Source of the DNA: Bdellovibrionales bacterium
GTDB taxonomy: Bacteria > Bdellovibrionota > Bdellovibrionia > Bdellovibrionales > UBA1609
Assembly (NCBI GenBank): GCA_965200025.1
Contig: OZ241325.1
Coordinates: 844,674-908,673 of the forward strand
Length of the DNA stretch: 64,000 nt
Direction of reading: 5' to 3'
How positions within the stretch are numbered: the stretch's first letter is position 1; each line of letters opens with the position of its first letter. A program made the translations under genes and the position numbers. The notes under the pieces were generated by a model, which was not told the DNA's origin, did not search any database, and saw nothing but the letters and a program-made list of their open reading frames with translations. Of the stretch, positions 44,121 through 53,382 are shown piece after piece.

Positions 44121-45743
44121 AAGTGGGGGTTTGTTATTTTTCTTAAAAGCCTTTGCATCCTGTTTTGTGTAAGCTTTTTATCCTGTGTAAAAAAGCCAGA
44201 TCCTTTAAAGGAATTTCCCCCGGAAAACACTTTTCGTTTCCATATTATTACCGAACCTCCCACTTTGGACTGGAACAAAGCCCACGATTCCACTTCAGCT
44301 CTTATTACCGACAATCTGATGGAGGGCTTAACAGGGTATGATTTTTCCCAACCTGGTACAGTTTTAAAACCGGTGCTGGCTCAAAAGTGGCATTCCACCC
44401 CTGATAAAAAAACATGGACTTTTACACTAAAAAAAAATATTTTGTGGAATGATGGCAGGCCTTTAAAACCAGAGCATTTTTTACACAGCTTTCAAAGGCT
44501 TTTGGATCCTCAAACCGCTTCCGAATACGCTTATTTTTTGTTCCCCATTAAAAATGCCCAGGCTTATAACAAGGGGAAAATCAGGGATTTTCGCAAAGTG
44601 GGGGTTTTTGTTAATGCTTCCGGGGAGCTGGTTATCACTTTGGAACAGGGAACAAGCTATTTTCCTTATTTGATGGCTCACTTCAGCACTTATCCCATAA
44701 GAAAAGACATCATTCAAAAAACAGGGGAGGCCCGGTGGACCGAAACCCACAACCTTGTCACTTTAGGGGCTTACCGGTTAAAAAAATGGGACCATGATCA
44801 CCAGATTATTCTGGAAAAAAACCCCCTTTACCATGGAAAACCAGCCTCTTTAAAATATGTTTTGATTCATATTATACCCAATATCACTGCGGCCTTAAAT
44901 CTGTTTGAACAGGGACGGCTGGATGCCTTAAGAGGGCTTCCTTCCGGCCACCTCCCCATGTTAAGGAAAAAAAAACAGTACCGGGAAAAAGATCTTCTTG
45001 CCACCTATTACTACGGGCTTAATGTTCAAAAGCCCCCTTTTAACAATGTTCTGGTGCGAAAGGCCTTTGCCCTCAGCATTGACAAACAGAAGATCACCCG
45101 GCTCCTGGGAGGAGGGCAAATCCCTTTAAAGGGCTGGATCCCCAAAGGAATGTTTGCTTATACCCCCGGCTTAAATGAGGGGTTTAAGCCTCAAAAAGCC
45201 CGCACCTTACTGAAAAAAGCCGGGTATGGAAGGGGGGGGAAGCCTTTCCCCAAAGTGGTACTCTCTTACAATACAGGTGCTGAACAGAAGAGGATAGCTG
45301 AAAATGTACAGGCCCAGCTGAAAAAAAATCTGAACATTTCGGTGGAGCTTTCAGGCCAGGAGTGGAAAAGCTACCTCTTTAGCCTGAGAACAGGAACACA
45401 ACAAATGTACCGTATGGGATGGGGGGCTGATTTTCCGGACCCGGACAATTTTATGACTCTGATGACTTCTGAGTCCGCCAGTAACCACACTTTTTGGAAC
45501 AACAAAACTTACGACAGGCTGGTAAAAAAAGCCCGCAGCCTTCCCAACGGAAAACAAAGATTTATGCTTTACCAAAAAGCCCAGCGTATTTTGACAGAAG
45601 AGGATGTTCCCGTTATTCCCATTTACTCCTCCCGGTCCCACTTTCTCGTCTCTGACAGAGTCAAACATTTTCCTTTAAACACCATGTCACAAATTTTGTT
45701 TCAGTATGTGACCCTTCACCAAAAAAAACCACAAGCCCCTTAA
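44121..45743 (+). CDS. ABC transporter substrate-binding lipoprotein, family 5 (peptide/nickel type); start codon unresolved
   Basis: The frame is open from 44121 and encodes a lipoprotein signal, KWGFVIFLKSLCILFCVSFLSC. It contains no ATG/GTG/TTG before the TTG at 44265, which lies inside the mature domain. Confidence 0.75.
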   Translation, partial: KWGFVIFLKSLCILFCVSFLSCVKKPDPLKEFPPENTFRFHIITEPPTLDWNKAHDSTSALITDNLMEGLTGYDFSQPGTVLKPVLAQKWHSTPDKKTWTFTLKKNILWNDGRPLKPEHFLHSFQRLLDPQTASEYAYFLFPIKNAQAYNKGKIRDFRKVGVFVNASGELVITLEQGTSYFPYLMAHFSTYPIRKDIIQKTGEARWTETHNLVTLGAYRLKKWDHDHQIILEKNPLYHGKPASLKYVLIHIIPNITAALNLFEQGRLDALRGLPSGHLPMLRKKKQYREKDLLATYYYGLNVQKPPFNNVLVRKAFALSIDKQKITRLLGGGQIPLKGWIPKGMFAYTPGLNEGFKPQKARTLLKKAGYGRGGKPFPKVVLSYNTGAEQKRIAENVQAQLKKNLNISVELSGQEWKSYLFSLRTGTQQMYRMGWGADFPDPDNFMTLMTSESASNHTFWNNKTYDRLVKKARSLPNGKQRFMLYQKAQRILTEEDVPVIPIYSSRSHFLVSDRVKHFPLNTMSQILFQYVTLHQKKPQAP

Positions 45744-45794
45744 CTTTGTGTGGGGAACGGAACTGCACTACACAATGGGTTGTTTGTCTCTGTT

Positions 45795-46235
45795 TTATTC
45801 CTCACTCAGTCTATAAACAGGTATATAAGTTATAGGGGTCATAACACCTGGCAGGCCATTACCATATAACAAACCCACGCTTACTGTATCAGAGAGACTG
45901 TGAAACCTTAAAGCATTTTGATAAAATACACCATGATACAGTGCCACTATCTTTAAAAACAAAGCCTTGTAAGTTTTATCCCGTATATCAAACTTACACT
46001 CCCAACCGGGAGAAGTCATGCCAGTCAGAAGACGAACAGAAGGCATAAAGGGACCAAGGGCAACATTATCCACTTCTTCCTCATCACCTGTGTTTTTTTT
46101 TGCCACAGCCTGTGCAACCCGCTCACAGTAAAGGGATGCGTTTTTTCTCAAAAAAGTGCTTTCCTCCCCGGCAAATGTGGATACACACCACAAGCCTGCC
46201 ACAAACAAGCACAGTATCTGTTTTTTCATTATCAC
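45795..46235 (-). CDS. secreted hypothetical protein
   Basis: Signal peptide MIMKKQILCLFVAGLWCVSTFAG. Confidence 0.45.
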   Translation of the reverse strand: MIMKKQILCLFVAGLWCVSTFAGEESTFLRKNASLYCERVAQAVAKKNTGDEEEVDNVALGPFMPSVRLLTGMTSPGWECKFDIRDKTYKALFLKIVALYHGVFYQNALRFHSLSDTVSVGLLYGNGLPGVMTPITYIPVYRLSEE

Positions 46236-46413
46236 ACCTCCTTTTTGCCATTTATTGTCCTTAAATAAGGTTTAACAGGCAAGCACTGGGAAAGTGTTTT
46301 AAACCAAAACAAGCCCTTTGGCTGTCCGTGACCCCCAAAAAGTGACTACTTTTCCCTAAAGAGGAGATGAGGTAGTGATGTTAAGATACACGAGGAGGTA
46401 ACATACTCTTTAT

Positions 46414-46914
46414 TCAAAGAAGACCAGATGGGTACCCATACTCATCATAACCAGGTATGGTTCTTTCAAATTCTTTACGCCTTTTAATATATTTATCACA
46501 ATAACCTTTCCATAATTTAGTCCTTCTGTGATGTTTGAGTTGTTTGTTTTCCACAAAAACTTTCAAGTTTTCGATCTTCTCTCTTGCTATATCATCCCAC
46601 TTTTCAAAAGGTACTCCTCTGGCACCCATATAAAAACAATCACTCTGCATATAATCACAAAAATCTTCGCATACAGAGGCCACATCAAAATGTTTTTCTT
46701 CACCCCAAGCTCTCCAACCATTGAGTTCTGTTACTATTATCCAAGCCAAGACACTTAATCGATCATATTTTTTTTCACTCCATCTCCCCTTAAGTAAAAA
46801 CCTTAAAAACCGATCATCCTTCAAAAGATTTTTTGCGTTCTTGTCAAAAAAATCAGCAGCTTTTAAATCACCTCCACTCAATATATCTTGAAATTTTTTA
46901 AAACTTACCATCAC
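46414..46914 (-). CDS. hypothetical cytoplasmic protein
   Basis: 166-aa ORF. No family recognised. Confidence 0.4.
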   Translation of the reverse strand: MMVSFKKFQDILSGGDLKAADFFDKNAKNLLKDDRFLRFLLKGRWSEKKYDRLSVLAWIIVTELNGWRAWGEEKHFDVASVCEDFCDYMQSDCFYMGARGVPFEKWDDIAREKIENLKVFVENKQLKHHRRTKLWKGYCDKYIKRRKEFERTIPGYDEYGYPSGLL

Positions 46915-46944
46915 TTTACAAATTCTCTAAAATGGATCACCGGG

Positions 46945-48597
46945 TTACATTTGCCGGTAGTCAGGGCCTGTGCCTCCCTCTTTTGGAGTCCAGCGGGGAC
47001 CCAGTACATCAGTGGCTTTGCAGTCCACACAGTTGGGAGGATGAGTAAAAAAACCCTCTTTTGTTTTTTCATAAACACCGGCCGGACACAAATGAGTGTA
47101 AAAATCCTTTACCTCTTCCGGTAAATCCTCTTTGGACTTCAGATGAGAGGGAATATCATCTCTACTTTTGTTTCCCGATAAAAACACCGCCTCGCTCTTG
47201 CTTAAACCCTTCACCGGCTTTGCATAAGACATATCCCGAAAACGAACTTTTTTTGCATCCTCACAAAACCGGGCTTTTTGATCCCCTGGAAACCTCCCCC
47301 CACTTAAAAACATTAAAGCGGACTTAAAAACCCCTTTTAAAAAATGAGAGTCAAAAGCCTGACGAACATTGCGAACCGGGTAAAGCTCTTTTCCAATACA
47401 GCTGTTGTATCTTACCTGCTCATCATAATGTTTTAAAACCGGGTGGGAAAAATCGTTTTTCTTTAAAGCCTCAAAAGCCGTTTCAGCGGCTAAAAGCCCT
47501 GCTGTCATCGCATAATGTATGCCTTTTAAAGCCGGTACATTCACCATGTGGGCAGCATCCCCCACAAGCAGCAAACCATGATCGGAGAGCTGATGAGGCA
47601 TACTGTGATACCCCCCTTCAGGAATGGTCTTGGCCCCCCACTCCACACACCTGCCCCCCTTTAAGACAGAAGCAAAAAAAGGATGAGTTTTTAACTCCTG
47701 AAGTTTAAGATGCACATCCAGATTTTTAAAAGAGGAATTTAAGCCTGCCACCAGGCCCAAAGAAACTTTGTTTTCCTCCAGAGGGTAAAGCCAGCTTCCC
47801 CCAAAACAGCTTAAGGGAAGGGGCCAGCCCATGGTGTGAAAAACCCCTGTTAAGGGGCAAGCCACCTCCCACACCTCCTTGACTCCCAGAGCATAAGTGG
47901 AAGGATAGGTGGAGGATATTTTTTTTAAATGCTGCCATGCCTGGCTTAAGTGTCCCCTTGAGCCATCCGCCAGTATCAAAAGCTTTGCCTTCACATGCAC
48001 AGGCTTTTGGTGGGAAGTGCCAGGCTTTCCGTCCCTGTTCAGCCCTACCGGAAAAGTGCTGACACCTTTAATACGGCCCTTTTCAACAAGAAGTTTGTCT
48101 GCCGTAAAAGAGGTAAAAAGAGATATCTGTTTGTCTTCCGCACGGCGGGCCATCCACTTTACCACATGGGTTAAAGAGGCTGTGTAAAAATTTTTGTTTT
48201 TCATGGGAGGGGGAAAGGGAAGAGGCCATTTGTAATTTTTGGTTAAAAAATAAAAGCTTTCTTTTTTTACTTTTCTGTGGAAAGGAAAATCTTTTTCGTG
48301 CAAATCAGGAAAAAGTTTTTTAAAAGGGGCAGGGTTGATAACAGCCCCGGAAAGGCTATGCCCCCCCATACGGGAAGCCTTTTCCATAACTGCAATATGA
48401 ACATTGGGAAAGTCTTTTTGACAAAGTTGTTTAAGATGCAGGGCAGCACTTAAACCTGCAGGCCCCCCTCCCACCACCAAAACATCCACCTCCAGCTCCT
48501 CTTCTTCAGCGGAGGGGGAAAGCTCTTTAACCGATCGTTTTAAATCATACTCTGGCTGGTGATGAAAAGGTGTAAAGCCAGAGTTTTGTGTTTTCAT
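46945..48597 (-). CDS. electron-transfer flavoprotein:ubiquinone oxidoreductase
   Basis: VLVVGGGPAGLSAA FAD motif, a C-terminal 4Fe-4S Cys cluster region, and a GGTGPDYRQM end typical of ETF-QO. Confidence 0.85.
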   Translation of the reverse strand: MKTQNSGFTPFHHQPEYDLKRSVKELSPSAEEEELEVDVLVVGGGPAGLSAALHLKQLCQKDFPNVHIAVMEKASRMGGHSLSGAVINPAPFKKLFPDLHEKDFPFHRKVKKESFYFLTKNYKWPLPFPPPMKNKNFYTASLTHVVKWMARRAEDKQISLFTSFTADKLLVEKGRIKGVSTFPVGLNRDGKPGTSHQKPVHVKAKLLILADGSRGHLSQAWQHLKKISSTYPSTYALGVKEVWEVACPLTGVFHTMGWPLPLSCFGGSWLYPLEENKVSLGLVAGLNSSFKNLDVHLKLQELKTHPFFASVLKGGRCVEWGAKTIPEGGYHSMPHQLSDHGLLLVGDAAHMVNVPALKGIHYAMTAGLLAAETAFEALKKNDFSHPVLKHYDEQVRYNSCIGKELYPVRNVRQAFDSHFLKGVFKSALMFLSGGRFPGDQKARFCEDAKKVRFRDMSYAKPVKGLSKSEAVFLSGNKSRDDIPSHLKSKEDLPEEVKDFYTHLCPAGVYEKTKEGFFTHPPNCVDCKATDVLGPRWTPKEGGTGPDYRQM

Positions 48598-48635
48598 TAT
48601 ATCCAGGTACCTTTATACCATTTTGTCCCAATCAA

Positions 48636-49280
48636 TCAAACAGCTTTTAACCATGCCTGAAGAAGAAGGTCAAATTCACCGGCCTCGTATTTAAAAAAAT
48701 GGGCAGATCTTTTTTCAAAATCAGAGTCTTTTTGTTTCAACCTGGTGGTGACCTCTTTAAGATGCCCCCCCTCCTCTTTTAAAACAAAATCCAGATTAAA
48801 AGAAAACCCATTTTGTTTTAAAAAAGTATTGTAAAGTGTATAAACCTCCACGGCACGCTCTTCTATCATGTAAGTGGTATAGAGGTAATTTAAAAACACA
48901 CCCTGGGAGTCTGAAAAATCAGCCTTTAAGTGTTTTTCTGCATAATGATCCAGATTTTGAAAATACTGCTCTGCCATCTTGCCCTTAAGCAGGTATTTTT
49001 CTTCAAAAGTTTTTGTATGGGAGGGGGAAAGCTTACAGGCCAGGTTTTTAAAGTAGGCTGCATGGCGGGTTTCCTCACTGATATGCATCAACACCTCTTT
49101 GTTGATGAGGGAGGAATTCTGGCTTTTTATAATCTTTCGGGAACCAATATGCTCCAAAAAAGCCAGGGTGTTTAACCACCGGGCATGAAGGGGTTTGTTC
49201 TCTAAAAGGAGAGCAAAAAAATCCTTTAATTTTTCTGTATAACTCTTTAAATACTTATATTTTTCACATACAAGAGACAT
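48636..49280 (-). CDS. ferritin-like / di-iron carboxylate superfamily protein (putative)
   Basis: Helical 214-aa protein with LEHIGSRK and EETRHAAYF (ExxH). Assignment is tentative. Confidence 0.35.
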   Translation of the reverse strand: MSLVCEKYKYLKSYTEKLKDFFALLLENKPLHARWLNTLAFLEHIGSRKIIKSQNSSLINKEVLMHISEETRHAAYFKNLACKLSPSHTKTFEEKYLLKGKMAEQYFQNLDHYAEKHLKADFSDSQGVFLNYLYTTYMIEERAVEVYTLYNTFLKQNGFSFNLDFVLKEEGGHLKEVTTRLKQKDSDFEKRSAHFFKYEAGEFDLLLQAWLKAV

Positions 49281-49483
49281 TAATATCCTGTATCTCCTGG
49301 AGGAAATGGATCATTACCATAAGAGTCTTTAGATCGTATTTTTCCGTCCCTGCCGTGAATAACAACTTCAGACTGCATTCTTTTGGCTCTTATAACTGCA
49401 TTTTTTATAGCGTTGTGTTGAGTGTCATGTGAAGATAACACATATCCACCACTTTTAACAGACCAAGCCACTCCCAACCTCAC
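49280..49483 (-). CDS. DUF2188-domain protein
   Basis: HGRDGKIRSKDSYGNDPFPPGD matches the conserved DUF2188 C-terminal motif. Confidence 0.6.
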   Translation of the reverse strand: MRLGVAWSVKSGGYVLSSHDTQHNAIKNAVIRAKRMQSEVVIHGRDGKIRSKDSYGNDPFPPGDTGY

Positions 49484-49891
49484 AATTTCTTTTAGACATG
49501 ATTTTACCTTCTTTTAAAACAAGCATGGATATTATACAATAACATGGTAGTTTGTCAATAGATTTTTTAACAAATCCCCTGAATTCTGGATAATGTAATA
49601 CAATAAATTAGTAATTTCAAGTACTTATAAATATCTGGTGCCTGTTTGTGATCCCCAAAAGGTGGTTACTTTTTCCTAAAGAAGAGAATGTGGTGTCTTT
49701 AGAACCTGCGAATGGCAGAGACTTTTGTGAAGACAATAACAATCTTGTCTGGCAGACCACTTCCCCCCCCCCCTACCTGGGGGGAGTACCGCCCCCGTCT
49801 CAGTCACAGCTCAATCAGTCCAGCTTTGTTGTAATTTTTACACTTCCCAATGAAAAAACCACTGTTTTTCTGCCCTTTTACAAATTAATTC

Positions 49892-49918
49892 TTGACAAAA
49901 AATGGGGGGGGGTAAAAT
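49892..49918 (+). promoter_or_regulatory. promoter-like element TTGACA-N15-TAAAAT with G9 tract (49904-49912)
   Basis: Consensus hexamers read directly. The downstream gene (ATG 49973) has its own AAGGAG RBS. Confidence 0.5.
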
Positions 49919-49972
49919 ACCTCTAAACTGGCAGTACAGTTAATATATAAAACCCTTTCAAAGGAGTTTAAG

Positions 49973-50875
49973 ATGTTTAAAGCTTATGTTATTGTTTTTC
50001 TGATATTCTTTTCTTTTAAAAATAATGCATCACCTTGTGACCAGGTTTTTGATGAAACAGCTCCCTTGAATCAAAAAGTGAAAAAAATTCTTAACAGAGA
50101 CCTCACAAGGGAGGAATTGCAATTTATATCTGAAAGTCCAAAGAAAGAGTTTTTACCTGACAGATTTTATAAAATCCCAGACTTTATAAAAGTTGGCTTT
50201 ACTCTTAATGATCTAAAAAAATTAAGCCTCCATAGTGCTATGCATATCCATACCACCAGTGTAACTGACACAGCAGAAAAATTAAATCATTACATAAAAA
50301 GTGTGGATATAATAAAAAACATTTTGGATCAAAAAGAACCCCTCAATGTAAATCAACACGATGCAATGGTGAATATTCTTACATCAGCATACTACCTGTT
50401 TCACAACTACCCTGATCTATTATCCAAAAAGGATCATGAACACCTGATAGGGGCAGTCACAGAGCTTGTGTTGCACTCATCATCAAAGAAAGATGTCAAA
50501 GAAGTTCTTACTTCCCATTATAACCATTTATATCCAGACTCCCCCCTGCCTCCTAAATTTTTCAAGTACTACAAAAGAAGGAAACAGGCTGAAAAACAAA
50601 TGGGAAAACCTTTAACTTACATACAAAGTCAGAAGATTTATTTCTCTCAACTGCGCAGTTATGATGATGCCATTCAAACATTAAAAGAATATGATTTAAC
50701 TTCGGAGAATATACAAATTTTGGCAAACCACAAAATCTTCTCTAAAAAACTCACTAAACAGATAAATGAGACCTTAGGGCAATCAAAAAGTTTGGTAAAT
50801 CAAGCTGATCACATAGTGGATACACTTGAAGAAGCAGTTTTTGGGAAAAAGAAAAAAATAACCATTCAATATTGA
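49973..50875 (+). CDS. secreted hypothetical protein, paralog family A
   Basis: Has a signal peptide. The N-terminal 60 aa (CDQVFDE...LTREELQFIS) are shared with 50953-51363. Confidence 0.55.
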   Translation: MFKAYVIVFLIFFSFKNNASPCDQVFDETAPLNQKVKKILNRDLTREELQFISESPKKEFLPDRFYKIPDFIKVGFTLNDLKKLSLHSAMHIHTTSVTDTAEKLNHYIKSVDIIKNILDQKEPLNVNQHDAMVNILTSAYYLFHNYPDLLSKKDHEHLIGAVTELVLHSSSKKDVKEVLTSHYNHLYPDSPLPPKFFKYYKRRKQAEKQMGKPLTYIQSQKIYFSQLRSYDDAIQTLKEYDLTSENIQILANHKIFSKKLTKQINETLGQSKSLVNQADHIVDTLEEAVFGKKKKITIQY

Positions 50876-50952
50876 TATGATTCCTTATTTTTCCCGTTCA
50901 GCTCTGAAAACTCATTCCTGCCACTTATGGCATACACCGGTAGTGCTTCTTA

Positions 50953-51363
50953 TCACAATAACCCCGCCGATGGCCAGGTGGCTTTAAGCCTGTCCATTAA
51001 GTTATCATCGATGTGGCCTAATCCTTTCAATTCTTTAACAAAGAAAATTAATTTTTGATGGAATGTTAAAGGTAATTTTTTATCCAGTTCCAAAAGCAGT
51101 ACCTCTACATAATCTTTAGCACTGTATGTATACAGATCCCGATGGCGGCTTAAATCTATGAGACCATTTAAAGTAAAACCTTTGTATTCCCATTTGGATA
51201 TAAACCTCAATTCCTGAGAAGTGAGCTCTCTTTCCAGAATTTTCTCTAATTCCCCACTTAACGACAGGGAAGCTGCGTCATCAAAAACCTGGTCACATAC
51301 GGAAGATGCATTACCTTTTAAAGAAAAAAGCATCAAAAAAACAACAATGGTATGTTTAAACAT
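50953..51363 (-). CDS. secreted hypothetical protein, paralog family A (short form)
   Basis: Start moved to MFKHTIVVFLMLFSLKGNASS at 51363, which removes the overlap with bioD. Confidence 0.5.
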   Translation of the reverse strand: MFKHTIVVFLMLFSLKGNASSVCDQVFDDAASLSLSGELEKILERELTSQELRFISKWEYKGFTLNGLIDLSRHRDLYTYSAKDYVEVLLLELDKKLPLTFHQKLIFFVKELKGLGHIDDNLMDRLKATWPSAGLL

Positions 51364-51379
51364 TTTAAAATCAATGAGT

Positions 51380-51994
51380 TCAGTTAAAAAATGAAGGCAA
51401 AGATTTAAAATGGGAAAGCAGGGCTTTTTGAGAGAGCTTTTTGATAAAGGGAAGTTCCAAAAGCACGGGGATCCTTCCCCACTTTTCAATATCTTTTTTG
51501 TTTTCCGGCCGGGAAGGGCCAAGCAAAACAAGGCCCAAAACCTTTATTTTTTTGGACCTTAAAAAAGACAGGGTTAAAAAGGTGTGATTTAAAGTCCCCA
51601 AAGTGCTTCGTGCCACCACAAGAGCTGGCACCTTAAGCCACTGGATAAGATCAGCCACTGTCTCACCCTTTTGGTTCAAAGGCACAAAACTGCCACCTGC
51701 CCCCTCTATCACCAGGGAACCAGACACCAAAGGCAGGGATATGTTTTTTTTTTGAATGCACACCCCCTCCCTTAAAGCCGCCTGATTGGGCGAAAGAGGG
51801 GCTTTCAACACATAAGAGGAGGGACAGATACGGCTTGAGGGTATAAACCGGGCAACAAACTCACTGTCTGTATGAGGAACAGTGCCACACTGAATGGGTT
51901 TAAAATAAGAGGCCTTAAACCGCAAACACAGGCCCGCACAAACCACAGTTTTACCCACATCCGTATCGGTACCCGTAACAAAAACATTTTTCAC
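51380..51994 (-). CDS. bioD: dethiobiotin synthase
   Basis: FVTGTDTDVGKT P-loop, 204 aa. Confidence 0.85.
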   Translation of the reverse strand: MKNVFVTGTDTDVGKTVVCAGLCLRFKASYFKPIQCGTVPHTDSEFVARFIPSSRICPSSYVLKAPLSPNQAALREGVCIQKKNISLPLVSGSLVIEGAGGSFVPLNQKGETVADLIQWLKVPALVVARSTLGTLNHTFLTLSFLRSKKIKVLGLVLLGPSRPENKKDIEKWGRIPVLLELPFIKKLSQKALLSHFKSLPSFFN

Positions 51995-51998
51995 AATC

Positions 51999-52535
51999 TT
52001 AAAGGGTTTTATCCCCCGGCTTCCAGTTACAGGGGCAAAGCTCTTTGGTTTGGAGAGCGTCCAAAACCCTTAAAACCTCTTCAGGGCTTCGGCCCACACT
52101 CAGGTCTGTGACATAAACAAAGCGTATCACCCCTTCCGGGTCCACAATAAAAGTGGCCCTTTGTGCCACCCCCTCCTGAGGATCCAAAATACCCAAAGCC
52201 GCACAAAGCTCTCTTTTTACATCAGCCAGCATGGGAAAAGGAAGGTGATTTAAACTGGATTCATGTGTTCTCCAGGCATGGTGGACAAACTCTGAATCGG
52301 TGGAGCCAGCCAAAATTTGAGCATTTTTTTTCTCAAATTGCTCATTTAACTTACCAAAGCCTGCAATCTCCGTGGGACACACAAAGGTAAAATCCTTGGG
52401 ATAAAAAAACAAAATCAGCCATTTCCCCTTATAGGTCTTGTTGTCCACATCCTTAAAAGCCCTGCTCAAATCCTTGTCCGTGGACACAGTGGCCTTCATT
52501 TTAAAAGACGGCAGCAGATCTCCCACTCCCAACAT
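51999..52535 (-). CDS. 2-Cys peroxiredoxin (AhpC/TSA family)
   Basis: FTFVCPTEI peroxidatic Cys and ELCPCNW resolving Cys region. Confidence 0.9.
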   Translation of the reverse strand: MLGVGDLLPSFKMKATVSTDKDLSRAFKDVDNKTYKGKWLILFFYPKDFTFVCPTEIAGFGKLNEQFEKKNAQILAGSTDSEFVHHAWRTHESSLNHLPFPMLADVKRELCAALGILDPQEGVAQRATFIVDPEGVIRFVYVTDLSVGRSPEEVLRVLDALQTKELCPCNWKPGDKTL

Positions 52536-52651
52536 AAAAAACCTCCTTGAAATAAAGTGAATAAACAGAAAAAAGACAGTTAAAAATCCCCTTCCTTACA
52601 GAAAAATAAGCATAAAACACTTTTTTTCAAAAAAGCAACACTTTTTTAACT

Positions 52652-53380
52652 TTACAAAAGGTTTTTTAAGAGGATTTGCCGGCATCCCACAGAGGAAGTC
52701 TGCCACTCATCCTCTCCTGTGCATATCTCATAAAGGTTTTTCCCCTTCATTTGCTCCAGAAGTATACCCACTTCAGGGGTCACAGCAGCAGCCAGAGAAT
52801 AATGCTGATAAAAATAGAAAAATCCAGATACAAAATACAAACCGACAACAGAAGCCAACACAACAAGAGCTTTAAACCCCTCACTGTCTCTGTTATACTC
52901 CCTTATAAAGTGTACAATCCGGATGAGACTTTCCCATTCCTCCTCAGACAAATTTTCCAACTCAACCATGGATGGGAGCAAGAGCTTGGACTCCTCCCAA
53001 TAAAAGTCCTGATCAAGTATGAGTTCCAAATCCGGTTTATAAGTATCCGAAGCAAATATTTCTTCTTCAATTTTCTCCACCAAAGGGGTGGGGAATCCGG
53101 ACCACATCTTTTTGTGATCTCTACTCCCTTCTTTTGTTATCTCCCGCAAAAAAGAAAGCCAGGCCTGTTTTTTTTCATCTGACATCAAATGCAAAATCTT
53201 TGAAACTCTATAAAACCCAGTCTCATCCTGTATGGAGGAGTACTCCCCTTCAACAGGCAAACCTTCAAACACCCGGGTAAAAACAGCATATAAAGCCGTC
53301 TCCTGAAAATTATCCGCAAAACCAGCAACACTGTACACTGTCAAAAGGAAGATCATAAAGACTTTTTTAAATAAATACAT
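52652..53380 (-). CDS. hypothetical membrane-anchored protein
   Basis: Signal peptide plus a C-proximal TM segment. It is the last gene of the 59372-52652 co-directional cluster. Confidence 0.45.
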   Translation of the reverse strand: MYLFKKVFMIFLLTVYSVAGFADNFQETALYAVFTRVFEGLPVEGEYSSIQDETGFYRVSKILHLMSDEKKQAWLSFLREITKEGSRDHKKMWSGFPTPLVEKIEEEIFASDTYKPDLELILDQDFYWEESKLLLPSMVELENLSEEEWESLIRIVHFIREYNRDSEGFKALVVLASVVGLYFVSGFFYFYQHYSLAAAVTPEVGILLEQMKGKNLYEICTGEDEWQTSSVGCRQILLKNLL

Positions 53381-53382
53381 AA

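Noticed and set aside
46343-46351. Possible TGA-to-Trp recoding, suggested by TGA in repeat copy A where copy B has TGG
   Set aside because: TGA clearly terminates well-conserved genes here, for example tpiA, fusA and the 297-aa island gene, with correct protein lengths. The standard code applies.
49648-49926. 92-aa plus-strand ORF spanning the C11 tract
   Set aside because: It has no RBS. It begins inside the repeated 45-nt element and runs through the promoter-like region of the next gene. Its composition is dominated by the homopolymer, so I treat it as non-coding.
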